Part shown: positions 46,773-55,555 of the stretch, one piece after another | Layout: each line of letters begins with the position of its first letter | How positions within the stretch are numbered: position 1 is the stretch's first letter | Source of the DNA: a bacterium | Lineage (GTDB): Bacteria; Patescibacteriota; Saccharimonadia; CAILAD01; GCA-016700035 | Assembly: GCA_016700035.1 (NCBI GenBank) | Contig: CP064998.1 | Coordinates: 727,551 to 791,550 of the forward strand | Direction of reading: 5' to 3' | Length of the DNA: 64,000 nt | The notes under the pieces: generated by a model | Seen by the model: only the letters and a program-made list of their open reading frames with translations | What the model was told of the DNA's origin: nothing | The model's database searches: none | Program-made: the position numbers and the translations under genes

Positions 46773-47810
46773 CTACGTAGCCTGATACAGATCGAACGCG
46801 ACTGCATGCGAGAGTTCATTCAAGAACTCTCCTACAGCTTCCCGTCGCGTGAAGCCTGGGGTACCGTGATCGAGGCGGAATGGAATGGTCACCGGCTGTG
46901 GTGCCGCCAAAACCTCCTCGATCCTCACCTTGTGGTCGTTCATCAAATCGAGCTTGGTATAGATCTGCTGACTCAAGGACAGACAGACCTTCGCCAAATC
47001 CCGCTTGGTAGCAGTGGGAATACTCGCCCAATCCTCCACCGGGGAGAAAGGATGCAAGTACGGAATGGAATACGCGGCCCGCGTGGGCGAGTAGTAGGGC
47101 ACCGGATCCCCAAATGGCAACACGCCGAGAATGCGGCCGCAATTTGGAACCATCGGGAGGAAATCGTGATCAGGGACCCAGTCCACCAAATCGCCGAACT
47201 CTTCGAGCCAGGTGACCTCAACCCCCATCCCCATCAAAGTATCGATGCGCTCCTGTGACCCCGGAAAACGAAAGCCGACCACCACCTGGCTAACCTCGAT
47301 GCCAGCCTGCCGACACCTGTCAACAATGAACTGCACAGTGCCCCCAGAGAAGATACCATCTTCCACGATAACTACAGGACGATCCTAGGCGTGCAACTTG
47401 ATCACGCGCAACTGTTCGTCGATACTGTCTGCACCAGGCCGCGGGCCGATTCCGAGACTCTTACCCGACTGATCAACCATACGATTGATGTCGAGTGTAA
47501 CCCCCTTCATCGGTTCAGCGAACTCACGGCAAGTACTGACAATCAAACCACCTTCCGTCTTGCGGGCACGGTAGGCATGCGACAACACTTCACCTGCGAG
47601 ATCCGACATACTGACGGTTCGGACAGGAATATCATTACCGAGCGCCTCCTGCAACGCATCCACTGCGTCGCACTGGATGCGTCGGAAGAATGGGTCGTCA
47701 GCAGGTGGCGTCTTGATTCCAACATTCTGGAACGATGCCACCTTCTCGCCAATGTCCAGAGTCACCAGAAATTCCCGGCGACCACCAGCGTGAGCAGGAT
47801 CTCCACTCAT
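46773..47810 (-). pseudogene. GC-rich phosphoribosyltransferase-domain gene interrupted by one in-frame TAG (47385-47387). This is either a pseudogene or a read-through.
   Basis: ORFs 47385..47810 and 46773..47366 are in the same frame, 6 codons apart. The PRPP-binding motif VVIVEDGIFSGGT spans the junction. GC is about 58%. Confidence 0.5.
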
Positions 47811-47835
47811 CTTGGTTTCCTTTCAGTTGTAGGTA

Positions 47836-49140
47836 CTAGGAGAGCTTCTTGATAAGGGCGTCGATGGTAAGCAAATCCTGCTCGCCAGACACCATATCCT
47901 TAACCGTGTACACATCCTCGGCTACTTCTTTTTCACCAACGATGACCGCACACGGCACACCGAGTCGATCGGCATAGCGTAATTGCTTAGCCAGCTTCAC
48001 GACCTCGAGGTAGATCTGGGTTGAAATACCGGCCTCGCGCAATTGACTTGCCAGCTTGATAGCACCCGATCGCCCTGTCTCATCTATGGGGCACAGCAGT
48101 ACACGAGAAGGCGTAGATGATCCAGACTCCACCACACCAGCCTCACGCAGCTTGTAAAACAAGCGGGTAAGACCAATGGAGATACCAACACCTGGAAGAC
48201 GCGTCTTAGTGTAGTAAGATGCCAGATCATCATATCGCCCACCTGAGCAGACGCTACCTACGCCTGGATAATCGTTCAGAACCGTCTCGTAAACGGTTCC
48301 AGTGTAGTAGTCGAGACCTCGAGCAATCGCAAGGTCGAGCCGGAAGTTCTCTTCCGGAATCCCGAAACCTCGCATCGCCTCCAGAATGGTGGTGAGCTCA
48401 TCAACCCCCTCTTGGAAGAGGTCATTCTTGACATCCAGCGCACGTAAGCCAGCAATCACATCATCAGGACTGCCATCGATTGCAAGAAAGGTCATCAAGC
48501 GCTCGACGGCGCCTGAGGACATGCCAAGGGTAGCAAGCTGAGATCGCACCTCTTCAGATCCAATCTTTTCCAGCTTGTCGACCACTCGCATTACCTGAAC
48601 CGATTGATCGCCGGCACCAAGCTCTGCGAACAGTCCGTTGAGCGTCTTACGGTTGTTTACACGAATCGTGAAATCCGTGAACCCCAGCGCACGCATGGTT
48701 GCATAGATGACACTCGGAACTTCAGCGTCATAGAGGACGCAGTCAGAACCGATGATGTCGATATCGCACTGGTAGAACTCACGAAATCGCCCCGCCTGAG
48801 CACGCTCAGCTCGCCACACCTTCCCAATCGCGTAACGACGGAACGGAAATGACAATTCACCTTCGTACTGCGCGACGTAACGTGCGGTGGGTACCGTCAG
48901 ATCGTAACGCAGGGCCATATCGCGGCCACCACGCTCGAATCGGTAAACCTCCTGCTCAGTCTCACCTCCGCCCTTTGCAAAAAGAATCTCCGACAATTCG
49001 ATAGCCGGGGTTTCAACGGGCGTAAAGCCAAATAGTTCATATACGCCACGAATCGTGTCGAGCATCCTATTGAAGATGATCTGATCTGATGGATTAAGCT
49101 CCATGAAACCGGATTGAATACGTGGTTTTACAATGGCCAT
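47836..49140 (-). CDS. hisS: Histidyl-tRNA synthetase (434 aa).
   Basis: Class II aaRS motifs in HisRS arrangement: RYDLTVPTARY, YQCDIDIIGS, GGRYDDL. C-terminal anticodon-binding domain. Confidence 0.85.
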   Translation of the reverse strand: MAIVKPRIQSGFMELNPSDQIIFNRMLDTIRGVYELFGFTPVETPAIELSEILFAKGGGETEQEVYRFERGGRDMALRYDLTVPTARYVAQYEGELSFPFRRYAIGKVWRAERAQAGRFREFYQCDIDIIGSDCVLYDAEVPSVIYATMRALGFTDFTIRVNNRKTLNGLFAELGAGDQSVQVMRVVDKLEKIGSEEVRSQLATLGMSSGAVERLMTFLAIDGSPDDVIAGLRALDVKNDLFQEGVDELTTILEAMRGFGIPEENFRLDLAIARGLDYYTGTVYETVLNDYPGVGSVCSGGRYDDLASYYTKTRLPGVGISIGLTRLFYKLREAGVVESGSSTPSRVLLCPIDETGRSGAIKLASQLREAGISTQIYLEVVKLAKQLRYADRLGVPCAVIVGEKEVAEDVYTVKDMVSGEQDLLTIDALIKKLS

Positions 49141-49693
49141 ATGTCTACTTTCCCTTGTAGTTTACAGGTTTCGAAGGTACTTTTCCAGGTCTTTCTCGAT
49201 TGAACCTGAAAATTGTATAAACACTACATTATATTTATAAAAATGTCAATATTTTTTAAAACATCTACCCTTAATGTAAGTAGAATACCTAAAACTACCT
49301 ACACCTCACTTCGATAAGGCTCTTGTTATAAACTACTCACTATCATTGCACCTACCGGTGAAATTGATTCAGTAATGTAAGTTGATCTTCAAACCAACAA
49401 GATAACAAAGCCCTTCCGAGGATCACCATTGTTTAGAGAAAATACATTAGTACACATCCGACTTGCTATTCCTGGAGAAGCACTAATCATCAAACTTACC
49501 AATGTATTATATTAATAATAGAATCCAACTAGGCATAAGTATTGCAAATTCCCCACACAAGACTATAATGGTTTTCAGCAGTAGCACTGCTAAAACTAGC
49601 AGCACCAAAAACCAAGTTGTGGCAGCAGCACACTTGGTTTTTTAGTTCCTCTCGATTTAGTCAGATTATTCAGGTATAATAACCATCTAGCAA

Positions 49694-49770
49694 GCGCCCT
49701 TAGCTCAGCTGGATAGAGCGTGTGGCTTCGGACCACAAGGTCGGGGGTTCGAATCCCTCAGGGCGCGCCA
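49694..49770 (+). tRNA. tRNA-Arg (anticodon UCG).
   Basis: Cloverleaf: acceptor GCGCCCT/AGGGCGC, D-arm GCTC AGCTGGATA GAGC, anticodon loop CTTCGGA, T-arm GGGGG TTCGAAT CCCTC, CCA encoded. Confidence 0.8.
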
Positions 49771-49889
49771 TTTTATTGAGCGCAAGTTATCATCGAGAGC
49801 CATAAACAAGTCCTCAGATTGCAACATTCACCACTATAAAAGACGAGTATTGAAACTCGTCTTTTATAGTGACACGTAGCCCCTTAGGG

Positions 49890-50342
49890 CTAACTGGCTA
49901 CTGGAGTTGCCGGAGGAGGTGCAGGTGGTGGCGTAGTAGAACTTGCATCTACCCCCTGATATTGAGCTTTACCAAAGCCAAGCATTGGATAGCCAACCCA
50001 ACCAAATATGATCAACCCAAATATACCAAAGACCGTACTCTTACCAAATACCTTAGCTAGATCTAGCGCAATAATAATTGCAATTACAATATTCACAAAC
50101 GGAATCAGAAATAATAGTAGCCACCATACCGGGCGACCAACAATCTTGAGCATAATATAATAATTATAGATTGGTATAATTGCAGCCCAGCCCGGTTGAC
50201 CAGCCTTAGTAAATATTTTCCACAGTGAAGCTATGAGCACTAATGCAAGAGCTAGCCAAAAAAACATATAAAACATAGCAAATGCCGGATCAACAACTGG
50301 CCCAGGCGTGCTAGAAAAACTAACCGAGGGATCACTATACAT
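49890..50342 (-). CDS. Hypothetical polytopic membrane protein with a Pro/Thr-rich C-terminus (150 aa).
   Basis: Three or four TM helices. The tail is TPPPAPPPATP. Confidence 0.35.
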   Translation of the reverse strand: MYSDPSVSFSSTPGPVVDPAFAMFYMFFWLALALVLIASLWKIFTKAGQPGWAAIIPIYNYYIMLKIVGRPVWWLLLFLIPFVNIVIAIIIALDLAKVFGKSTVFGIFGLIIFGWVGYPMLGFGKAQYQGVDASSTTPPPAPPPATPVAS

Positions 50343-50513
50343 AATAAAGACTCCTTTAAATATTTATGTTTTAAGCATAAACCCAGACTTCACACATTTC
50401 AATGTTCTATTCTGGAGCTAATCTTGAAAATTACCACTAGATATAGTAAAATATCCTAGTTTTCAGCCGATTATGCAGTTACAATAAGATATCTCCACAG
50501 GAATTTCCCGCGT

Positions 50514-50590
50514 GGGCCATTAGCTCAGTTGGTTAGAGCACCTGCCTCTTAAGCAGGGTGTCCTGGGTTCGAGTCCCAGATGGCCCTCCA
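50514..50590 (+). tRNA. tRNA-Lys (anticodon CUU).
   Basis: Acceptor GGGCCAT/ATGGCCC, D-arm AGCTCAGTTGGTTAGAGC, anticodon loop CTCTTAA, T-arm CTGGG TTCGAGT CCCAG, CCA. Confidence 0.8.
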
Positions 50591-50623
50591 AAGATAATAT
50601 TTCAGGCACTTCAAAATAACTGT

Positions 50624-50980
50624 ATGAAACATACGGCATCCATCGACACCTATTTTAATCAGCTTGACCCAAACCAGCGGGCAGAGCTAGAACGTATTCG
50701 CGATATAGTTTTAGCTGTTGCGCCCGAGGCTTTAGAAAAAATTAGCTACGGTATGCCAACTATGACCTACAAAGGCAAAGTACTGGTGCATTTTGCAGCC
50801 TTTAAAAACCATCTGAGCCTCTTCCCTACATCTGGACCTACCGAAGAGCTAGCCTCAAAACTTCAAGACTATAAAACCTCAAAGGGCACAATTCAATTTA
50901 GTGTAGAAAATCCCCTGCCGGAAAAATTAATTCGTGAGATTATTACTATTCGAATACGCGACATCAATCAAGCGCAGTAA
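50624..50980 (+). CDS. DUF1801 (YdhG-like) domain protein. Start moved to MKHTAS (50624) to clear the tRNA.
   Basis: The ORF track starts it inside tRNA-Lys. The downstream ATG gives a 118-aa protein with the typical DUF1801 size. Confidence 0.4.
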   Translation: MKHTASIDTYFNQLDPNQRAELERIRDIVLAVAPEALEKISYGMPTMTYKGKVLVHFAAFKNHLSLFPTSGPTEELASKLQDYKTSKGTIQFSVENPLPEKLIREIITIRIRDINQAQ

Positions 50981-51031
50981 CTTAGAGATCATTGAAAAAT
51001 AGTAATATATCTGATAGAATATGGCAGTTTT

Positions 51032-51108
51032 CGGGGTGTGGCGCAGTTGGCTAGCGCGCCTGGTTTGGGACCAGGAGGCCGGAGGTTCGAGTCCTCTCAC
51101 CCCGACCA
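51032..51108 (+). tRNA. tRNA-Pro (anticodon UGG).
   Basis: Acceptor CGGGGTG/CACCCCG, D-arm GCGCAGTTGGCTAGCGC, anticodon loop TTTGGGA, T-arm GGAGG TTCGAGT CCTCT, CCA. Confidence 0.8.
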
Positions 51109-51148
51109 ATTCGATTATTCGTAATTATTTAGGTATATAATACAAACT

Positions 51149-51415
51149 ATGGATCAGAACATTTTTAATCAATCAATCGGGAATTTTATAGAACAAAACT
51201 TTCTATGGATTGCCTTGGTGTATGCTTGGTCACTTTTCTGGAAGGCAGTTGCACTTTGGAAAACCGCACGATCTAATGACAAGGTTTGGTTTATAGTTTT
51301 TCTAATTATTAATACTCTGGGAATTTTAGAAATTTTGTATATTTTTCACTTTTCAAAACACCCAGGCCTACCAAAACAACTAAGTCGTAAAAAAGAGCAA
51401 AAAAATACCACGTAG
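51149..51415 (+). CDS. Hypothetical small two-TM membrane protein (88 aa).
   Basis: ORF with two hydrophobic helices. Confidence 0.3.
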   Translation: MDQNIFNQSIGNFIEQNFLWIALVYAWSLFWKAVALWKTARSNDKVWFIVFLIINTLGILEILYIFHFSKHPGLPKQLSRKKEQKNTT

Positions 51416-51452
51416 CTTTGTCACTACGTGGTTTAGTTGAAGTAAATTACTG

Positions 51453-51947
51453 TCAGGCCTCTGAGTCACCAGTCATTACGGCCGAAGGCATGGTATCGCT
51501 GGCGTATGGATTGTCGAACCACCGTGTTAGCCCTTCGTACCGCAGTTCTGCATCCAGGTCGGGAAGCTCGCCGGCGTCGAAGGCGTCGATGAACACCTGT
51601 AGCTGTTCTGGCAACTGCACGTCATAAACGGTTGCCGTATTGCCAAATACCGGTCGCATGTCCTCATCCACTGATTCGATGGAGCAAGCCCGAGGCGACA
51701 CGCCCCAAGCTTCCCCAACCGCTGTTGCATCACCACGATCACTAACAAGGACACGATCGCAATACACAGCCACCGGCTGAGGTAGTGAGGCTCGGAATGC
51801 CCGAGAGATTACGCAGTCCAGTGGACTCTTACGAAAACCCACTGGCAGCTTTGCTGGTCGCTCGCCACCAAGTGCGCTGATGGCGTTACCAACCAGACCA
51901 AGGGCGGCTGCCCTCACATCTCGATACTGCAGGTCACCACTCATCAC
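51453..51947 (-). CDS. GC-rich (~57%) hypothetical protein, about 164 aa from MSGDLQ.
   Basis: Compositional outlier. No motif. Confidence 0.3.
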   Translation of the reverse strand: MMSGDLQYRDVRAAALGLVGNAISALGGERPAKLPVGFRKSPLDCVISRAFRASLPQPVAVYCDRVLVSDRGDATAVGEAWGVSPRACSIESVDEDMRPVFGNTATVYDVQLPEQLQVFIDAFDAGELPDLDAELRYEGLTRWFDNPYASDTMPSAVMTGDSEA

Positions 51948-52075
51948 ATTCCCTTTCTTATAGAAGGTGCAGGGTTGCCAACAGTGTACTCCGATATAAG
52001 ACTCTCGGCAATACGTAGTTTGCATTTTTTCTAAGCTCTTGCGATAAACCCCATGCACCTGCGAGAATAGCTACA

Positions 52076-53440
52076 ATGCAGAAAATACGCACAACTCCCG
52101 CCAATCTACTTGGCTGGGTGAGAAAACACCAGGTAGGTGTAGCTATTGCAGTCCTTCTCGTCGCCAGCTTTGTGTCGCGCTTTTATTTATTCGGCTATCC
52201 CAATCAGATAGTTTTTGATGAAGTTTATTTTGGTAAATTTGTCGGAGCTTACTTCTCTGGTCAATATTATTTTGATATTCACCCACCTTTCGCCAAGCTC
52301 CTCATCGCCGGCTTTGCTAAGCTCATGGGCTATAACCCAACCTCATCTTTCGCTTCAATCGGTACCACTTTCACCGATAATGGGTATCTATACTTACGCT
52401 TCCTACCTTCATTAGCTGGCGCCCTATTACCACTCGTATTGTTTTCCATTGCACGCGAGCTAGGTCTCAAGACCCGTTCGGCTTTTCTGGTTGGAATGCT
52501 GGTAGTTTTAGACACCGCCCTACTGGCTCAAAGTAGATTCATCCTCATCGACAGCTTACTTTTGACTTTTAGCTTCGCGTCACTCTGGCTATTTTTAGTA
52601 TGGCGACGCCGAAAGAAATTATGGATACTACTGCTCGCCACCATACTAGTTAGCTTGGCAATTAGCGTAAAGTGGATTGCGCTACCGTTTATACTCATCC
52701 CCATCCTCTACGAGTTTTTACACCATGCAAGCTTTAAACGAATGCTAAAAATATTAGTTGCCTACCTTGGGGTTGCGATTACTCTCTATAGCCTCTTCTT
52801 TGTCATCCATGTGACTCTGCTTACAAAAACAGGTGATGGCGATGCTTTTATGTCACAAGCCTATCAACATACTCTAGTTGGTAATCAGTATGCAGATGAC
52901 TCTAGCCAACCGCCCATCTCTCTAATAGGCAAGATATTAGAACTAAATCGTGAAATGTACGCTGCTAATGCTCGACTGACTGCCGACCATCCTTATGGTA
53001 GTAAATGGTATGGCTGGCCGGTTATGATTAAGCCAATTTCCTATTGGATTCAAGGCGATGCTCAAATCTGGCTGGTTGGTAATCCAATAGTTTGGTGGGG
53101 TGGAGCAATAGCTGTTATCTGGCTGGTAATCGACTTAGTCAGTAAAAAAATTACTACCAAAAAATTACCAACCGCACTTTTCCTATTGCTCTGTTTTTTT
53201 ATGGCCTGGCTACCATTTGCACTTATTTCGCGCGTTATGTTCCTCTACCACTATTTTATTCCGCTTTGTTTTGCCATATTAATAATTGGCTTTGTGGCAG
53301 ACCGAATCGAGTGGAAAGCGCAAATAACTATCATATTGCTAGCTATTGCTGGCTTTATTTTATTTATGCCGGCAGCTTATGGCTTGGCTTTCATTCAAGC
53401 TTTTACTAATATCCGTAACTTTATTCCGGGCTGGAATTAG
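52076..53440 (+). CDS. GT39-family (PMT/ArnT-like) lipid-carrier-dependent glycosyltransferase (454 aa).
   Basis: The N-terminal loop motif DEVYFGKF...FDIHPPFAKL matches the DE/HPP motifs of protein O-mannosyltransferases. About 11 TM helices. Confidence 0.65.
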   Translation: MQKIRTTPANLLGWVRKHQVGVAIAVLLVASFVSRFYLFGYPNQIVFDEVYFGKFVGAYFSGQYYFDIHPPFAKLLIAGFAKLMGYNPTSSFASIGTTFTDNGYLYLRFLPSLAGALLPLVLFSIARELGLKTRSAFLVGMLVVLDTALLAQSRFILIDSLLLTFSFASLWLFLVWRRRKKLWILLLATILVSLAISVKWIALPFILIPILYEFLHHASFKRMLKILVAYLGVAITLYSLFFVIHVTLLTKTGDGDAFMSQAYQHTLVGNQYADDSSQPPISLIGKILELNREMYAANARLTADHPYGSKWYGWPVMIKPISYWIQGDAQIWLVGNPIVWWGGAIAVIWLVIDLVSKKITTKKLPTALFLLLCFFMAWLPFALISRVMFLYHYFIPLCFAILIIGFVADRIEWKAQITIILLAIAGFILFMPAAYGLAFIQAFTNIRNFIPGWN

Positions 53441-53455
53441 ACTTATGCTAACCGT

Positions 53456-53869
53456 TTGGGCTATACTCGGGGTATGAAAAAGACTCCAATTATCATCATC
53501 GTATCAATCATCGCCTTAACCGCTATTGGCTTTGGCCTCTATACCCTCACCGTCCAACCGACCACAACATCAACTCCACCTAGCGCCAGTGTGGTATCAC
53601 CACAAACCTCGAGTAGCCCAGAGGCAAGTAATCCAGTCACGGCCGCAGAGCTAGCAAAAAATAATGGTCAAAATGGTAGCGCTTGCTGGATAGCTGTCAA
53701 TGGTACCGTCTATGATGTAACTGGTAACGCGGCCTTTGGTGATGGTACTCATAAGCCATACAGTAGTCAGGTGCAGTGCGGACAAGACGAATCGGCCGCC
53801 ATCGGCAAGTCGCCACACGGAGAAAGCGTTCTCTCTAAGCTTCCTGTTATCGGTCCATTAGCTAACTAA
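53456..53869 (+). CDS. Membrane-anchored cytochrome b5-like heme/steroid-binding domain protein (137 aa).
   Basis: N-terminal TM helix. C-terminal ELAKNNGQNGSACWIAVNGTVYDVTG...FGDGTH is a cyt-b5-like pattern. Confidence 0.5.
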   Translation: MGYTRGMKKTPIIIIVSIIALTAIGFGLYTLTVQPTTTSTPPSASVVSPQTSSSPEASNPVTAAELAKNNGQNGSACWIAVNGTVYDVTGNAAFGDGTHKPYSSQVQCGQDESAAIGKSPHGESVLSKLPVIGPLAN

Positions 53870-53872
53870 GTA

Positions 53873-54238
53873 TCATTTCTTTGGTTTAGTTTTAGTTCTT
53901 TTGGTAGTCTTAGATTTTTGAGTACTAGTTTTAGCTACAATCTCCGCCTCTGAATATTTCTTATCGGCAAGCTTACGAGGTTGCTTAATAACGTAATAAT
54001 AAACTACGGCAGTTATACCCCACAGCTGCACGAATAAGCTTAATATAAGCACAATTGTCCACACCATCCGCTCATCATCACTGCTCCAGTCGGTCCGCGT
54101 GAGTGCATCAATCAACATCATGGCCCACAAGACAAATAGAAAAATCATCAAGCCCATTAACAATAAGCCAAGCACTAATACCACCAGAATAACAAAAAAC
54201 ATCAACCCGGAATTTGTGACTTGCGCCAATCCAAACAT
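53873..54238 (-). CDS. Hypothetical membrane protein with a Lys-rich C-terminus (121 aa).
   Basis: Three hydrophobic helices and a KTTKRTKTKPKK tail. Confidence 0.3.
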   Translation of the reverse strand: MFGLAQVTNSGLMFFVILVVLVLGLLLMGLMIFLFVLWAMMLIDALTRTDWSSDDERMVWTIVLILSLFVQLWGITAVVYYYVIKQPRKLADKKYSEAEIVAKTSTQKSKTTKRTKTKPKK

Positions 54239-54347
54239 AATAATTACTCCATTATATTTTCAGTATACTAATCATCCTTTTTTAAGCCAACCACTTGGAA
54301 AATAACAGATATAATGGTAAAATAATGCGGTCTTTGAAAAATATTTT

Positions 54348-54422
54348 GCGGGTATGGTATAACGACTATTATTCCTGCCTTCCAAGCAGGCGATGCGGGT
54401 TTGATTCCCGCTACCCGCTCCA
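54348..54422 (+). tRNA. tRNA-Gly (anticodon UCC) with an atypical D-arm (no GG in the D-loop).
   Basis: Acceptor GCGGGTA/TACCCGC. Anticodon stem-loop CCTGC CTTCCAA GCAGG. T-arm GCGGG TTTGATT CCCGC. Discriminator T plus CCA. D-arm pairing is irregular. Confidence 0.6.
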
Positions 54423-54439
54423 CTTTTTTTCAGGACAGA

Positions 54440-54698
54440 TCTTCCCCTATGATAGGTGCCCTATCCATTCCTTTGTATGTGGGCTTTGTCCCGATAACTT
54501 AAGGTGGATGTCGAGCGCAAGCGAGCAATATAAATGTCTGCTCTATCCATTTCTTGGCTTAAGCGCATAGAATTGTGAATATATGTAAGTTTTGCCCCGA
54601 TAGCTTAAGCTGGATGTCGAGCGCAAGCGAGCAATATAGGTGCCTGCTCTATCCATTTCTTGGCTAAGCGCATAGAATTGTGAATGTATGTAAGTTTT
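54440..54698. repeat. Tandem ~105-bp repeat array of about 2.5 units, degenerating leftwards. Each unit carries a copy of the 5' 22 nt of tRNA-Arg(UCU), an inverted copy of its D-arm, and the tRNA upstream flank.
   Basis: Units at 54586-54690 and 54481-54585 are about 93% identical. The motifs gccccgatagct[tc]a.gctggat, ctgctctatccat and ttcttggct.aagcgcatagaattgtgaat.tatgtaagtttt recur. A shorter degenerate copy lies at 54440-54480. Confidence 0.7.
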
Positions 54699-54775
54699 GC
54701 CCCGATAGCTCAGCTGGATAGAGCAGGAGACTTCTAAGCTCAAGGTCGTAGGTTCGAATCCTACTCGGGGCGCCA
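54699..54775 (+). tRNA. tRNA-Arg (anticodon UCU) with an imperfect anticodon stem (G27·A43 and A31·G39 mismatches). It could be functional or a decaying copy.
   Basis: Acceptor GCCCCGA/TCGGGGC. Canonical D-arm GCTC AGCTGGATA GAGC. Anticodon loop CTTCTAA. T-arm GTAGG TTCGAAT CCTAC. CCA. Confidence 0.55.
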
Positions 54776-54776
54776 T

Positions 54777-54854
54777 GGTGGGTGTAGCTCAGTTGGTTAG
54801 AGCGCCGGGTTGTGGTCCCGGAGGTCGTGGGTTCGAGACCCATCACTCACCCCA
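54777..54854 (+). tRNA. tRNA-His (anticodon GUG) with a genomically encoded G-1.
   Basis: An extra 5' G opposite discriminator C73. Acceptor GTGGGTG/CACTCAC. Anticodon loop TTGTGGT. T-arm GTGGG TTCGAGA CCCAT. CCA. Confidence 0.8.
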
Positions 54855-54957
54855 TATACTTATTTAAAATAACCCTAAACTTGGGTTATTTTTATTGACA
54901 ATTGATATATTTTATTATAAAATACTTTTAATTAGTACCTCCAACCAAAGGATTGGC

Positions 54958-55512
54958 ATGACTAGCAAACCAAGCCCCACTCATATTGCAGGAGTTGAGA
55001 TCATTGATCTCGTGACTGCTTATGAGCCCGACTCAATCGACCCAGAGCACAAAGATACGATACACAACCGAGCCTCAGTGGCACAAACCTACTACCTACT
55101 GAAGAATGGCTCCATCATAGCCCAGGAAGTTGTAGTCCCCTCTAGTGTCCGGATTGGTACGGGATGCGTCATTGACAGCAGTGTCGTACTGGCCGAAAAC
55201 GTAACGCTGCATGACTTTGCACAGCTCAACTACGACGTTAGTATCGGAGCTGGTTCAGTAATTGGCAGTTGGGCAATGATTGCGATGGGCTGTAGGCTTG
55301 GAGATAACGTCCGGATTGGGCGGCGTAGCTATGTCGGTCCGGAAAACTATCTTCCTGATAATTTCCAGCTGGGGCCCGACTCGGCAATCGCCTGCGAGAC
55401 CGCAGATGAAAATGCATTCTCTAAGATTGCCCAGTATATCGGCACCGATCGCCCTACCATCATCGTCCCCTCGCAGTGGAACAGTGGTGTCCAGCTCCTT
55501 GTCATGGAGTAG
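54958..55512 (+). CDS. Left-handed beta-helix (hexapeptide-repeat) acyl/acetyltransferase, about 184 aa from MTSKPS.
   Basis: Tandem hexapeptide repeats IGTGCVIDSSVVLAENVTL...VSIGAGSVIGSWAMIAMGCRLGDNVRIG. Confidence 0.55.
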   Translation: MTSKPSPTHIAGVEIIDLVTAYEPDSIDPEHKDTIHNRASVAQTYYLLKNGSIIAQEVVVPSSVRIGTGCVIDSSVVLAENVTLHDFAQLNYDVSIGAGSVIGSWAMIAMGCRLGDNVRIGRRSYVGPENYLPDNFQLGPDSAIACETADENAFSKIAQYIGTDRPTIIVPSQWNSGVQLLVME

Positions 55513-55555
55513 TGGCACTTGAAGCTCACAGGCTTTTGACCCGTGGGCTTTTCTT

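Noticed and set aside
46758-47852. ORFs 46758..47258(+), 46816..47142(-), 46973..47221(-), 47391..47852(+) and 47543..47752(-)
   Set aside because: These are overlapping frames of the GC-rich PRTase locus. Only the frame carrying the PRPP-binding motif is credible.
49141-49450. Possible T-box leader for hisS
   Set aside because: No match to the conserved T-box sequence (AATTAGGGTGGNACCGCG) on the relevant strand.
50558-51109. ORF start at 50558 overlapping tRNA-Lys, and minus ORF 50927..51109 overlapping tRNA-Pro
   Set aside because: These are start-extension and antisense artefacts over tRNA genes. The DUF1801 gene more plausibly starts at 50624.
54295-54846. ORFs 54295..54570(+), 54543..54776(-) and 54664..54846(-) across the tRNA cluster
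   Set aside because: They overlap tRNA-Gly/Arg/His and the tandem repeat array. The repeated peptide LSYRGKTYI.SQFYAL is just the repeat unit translated.
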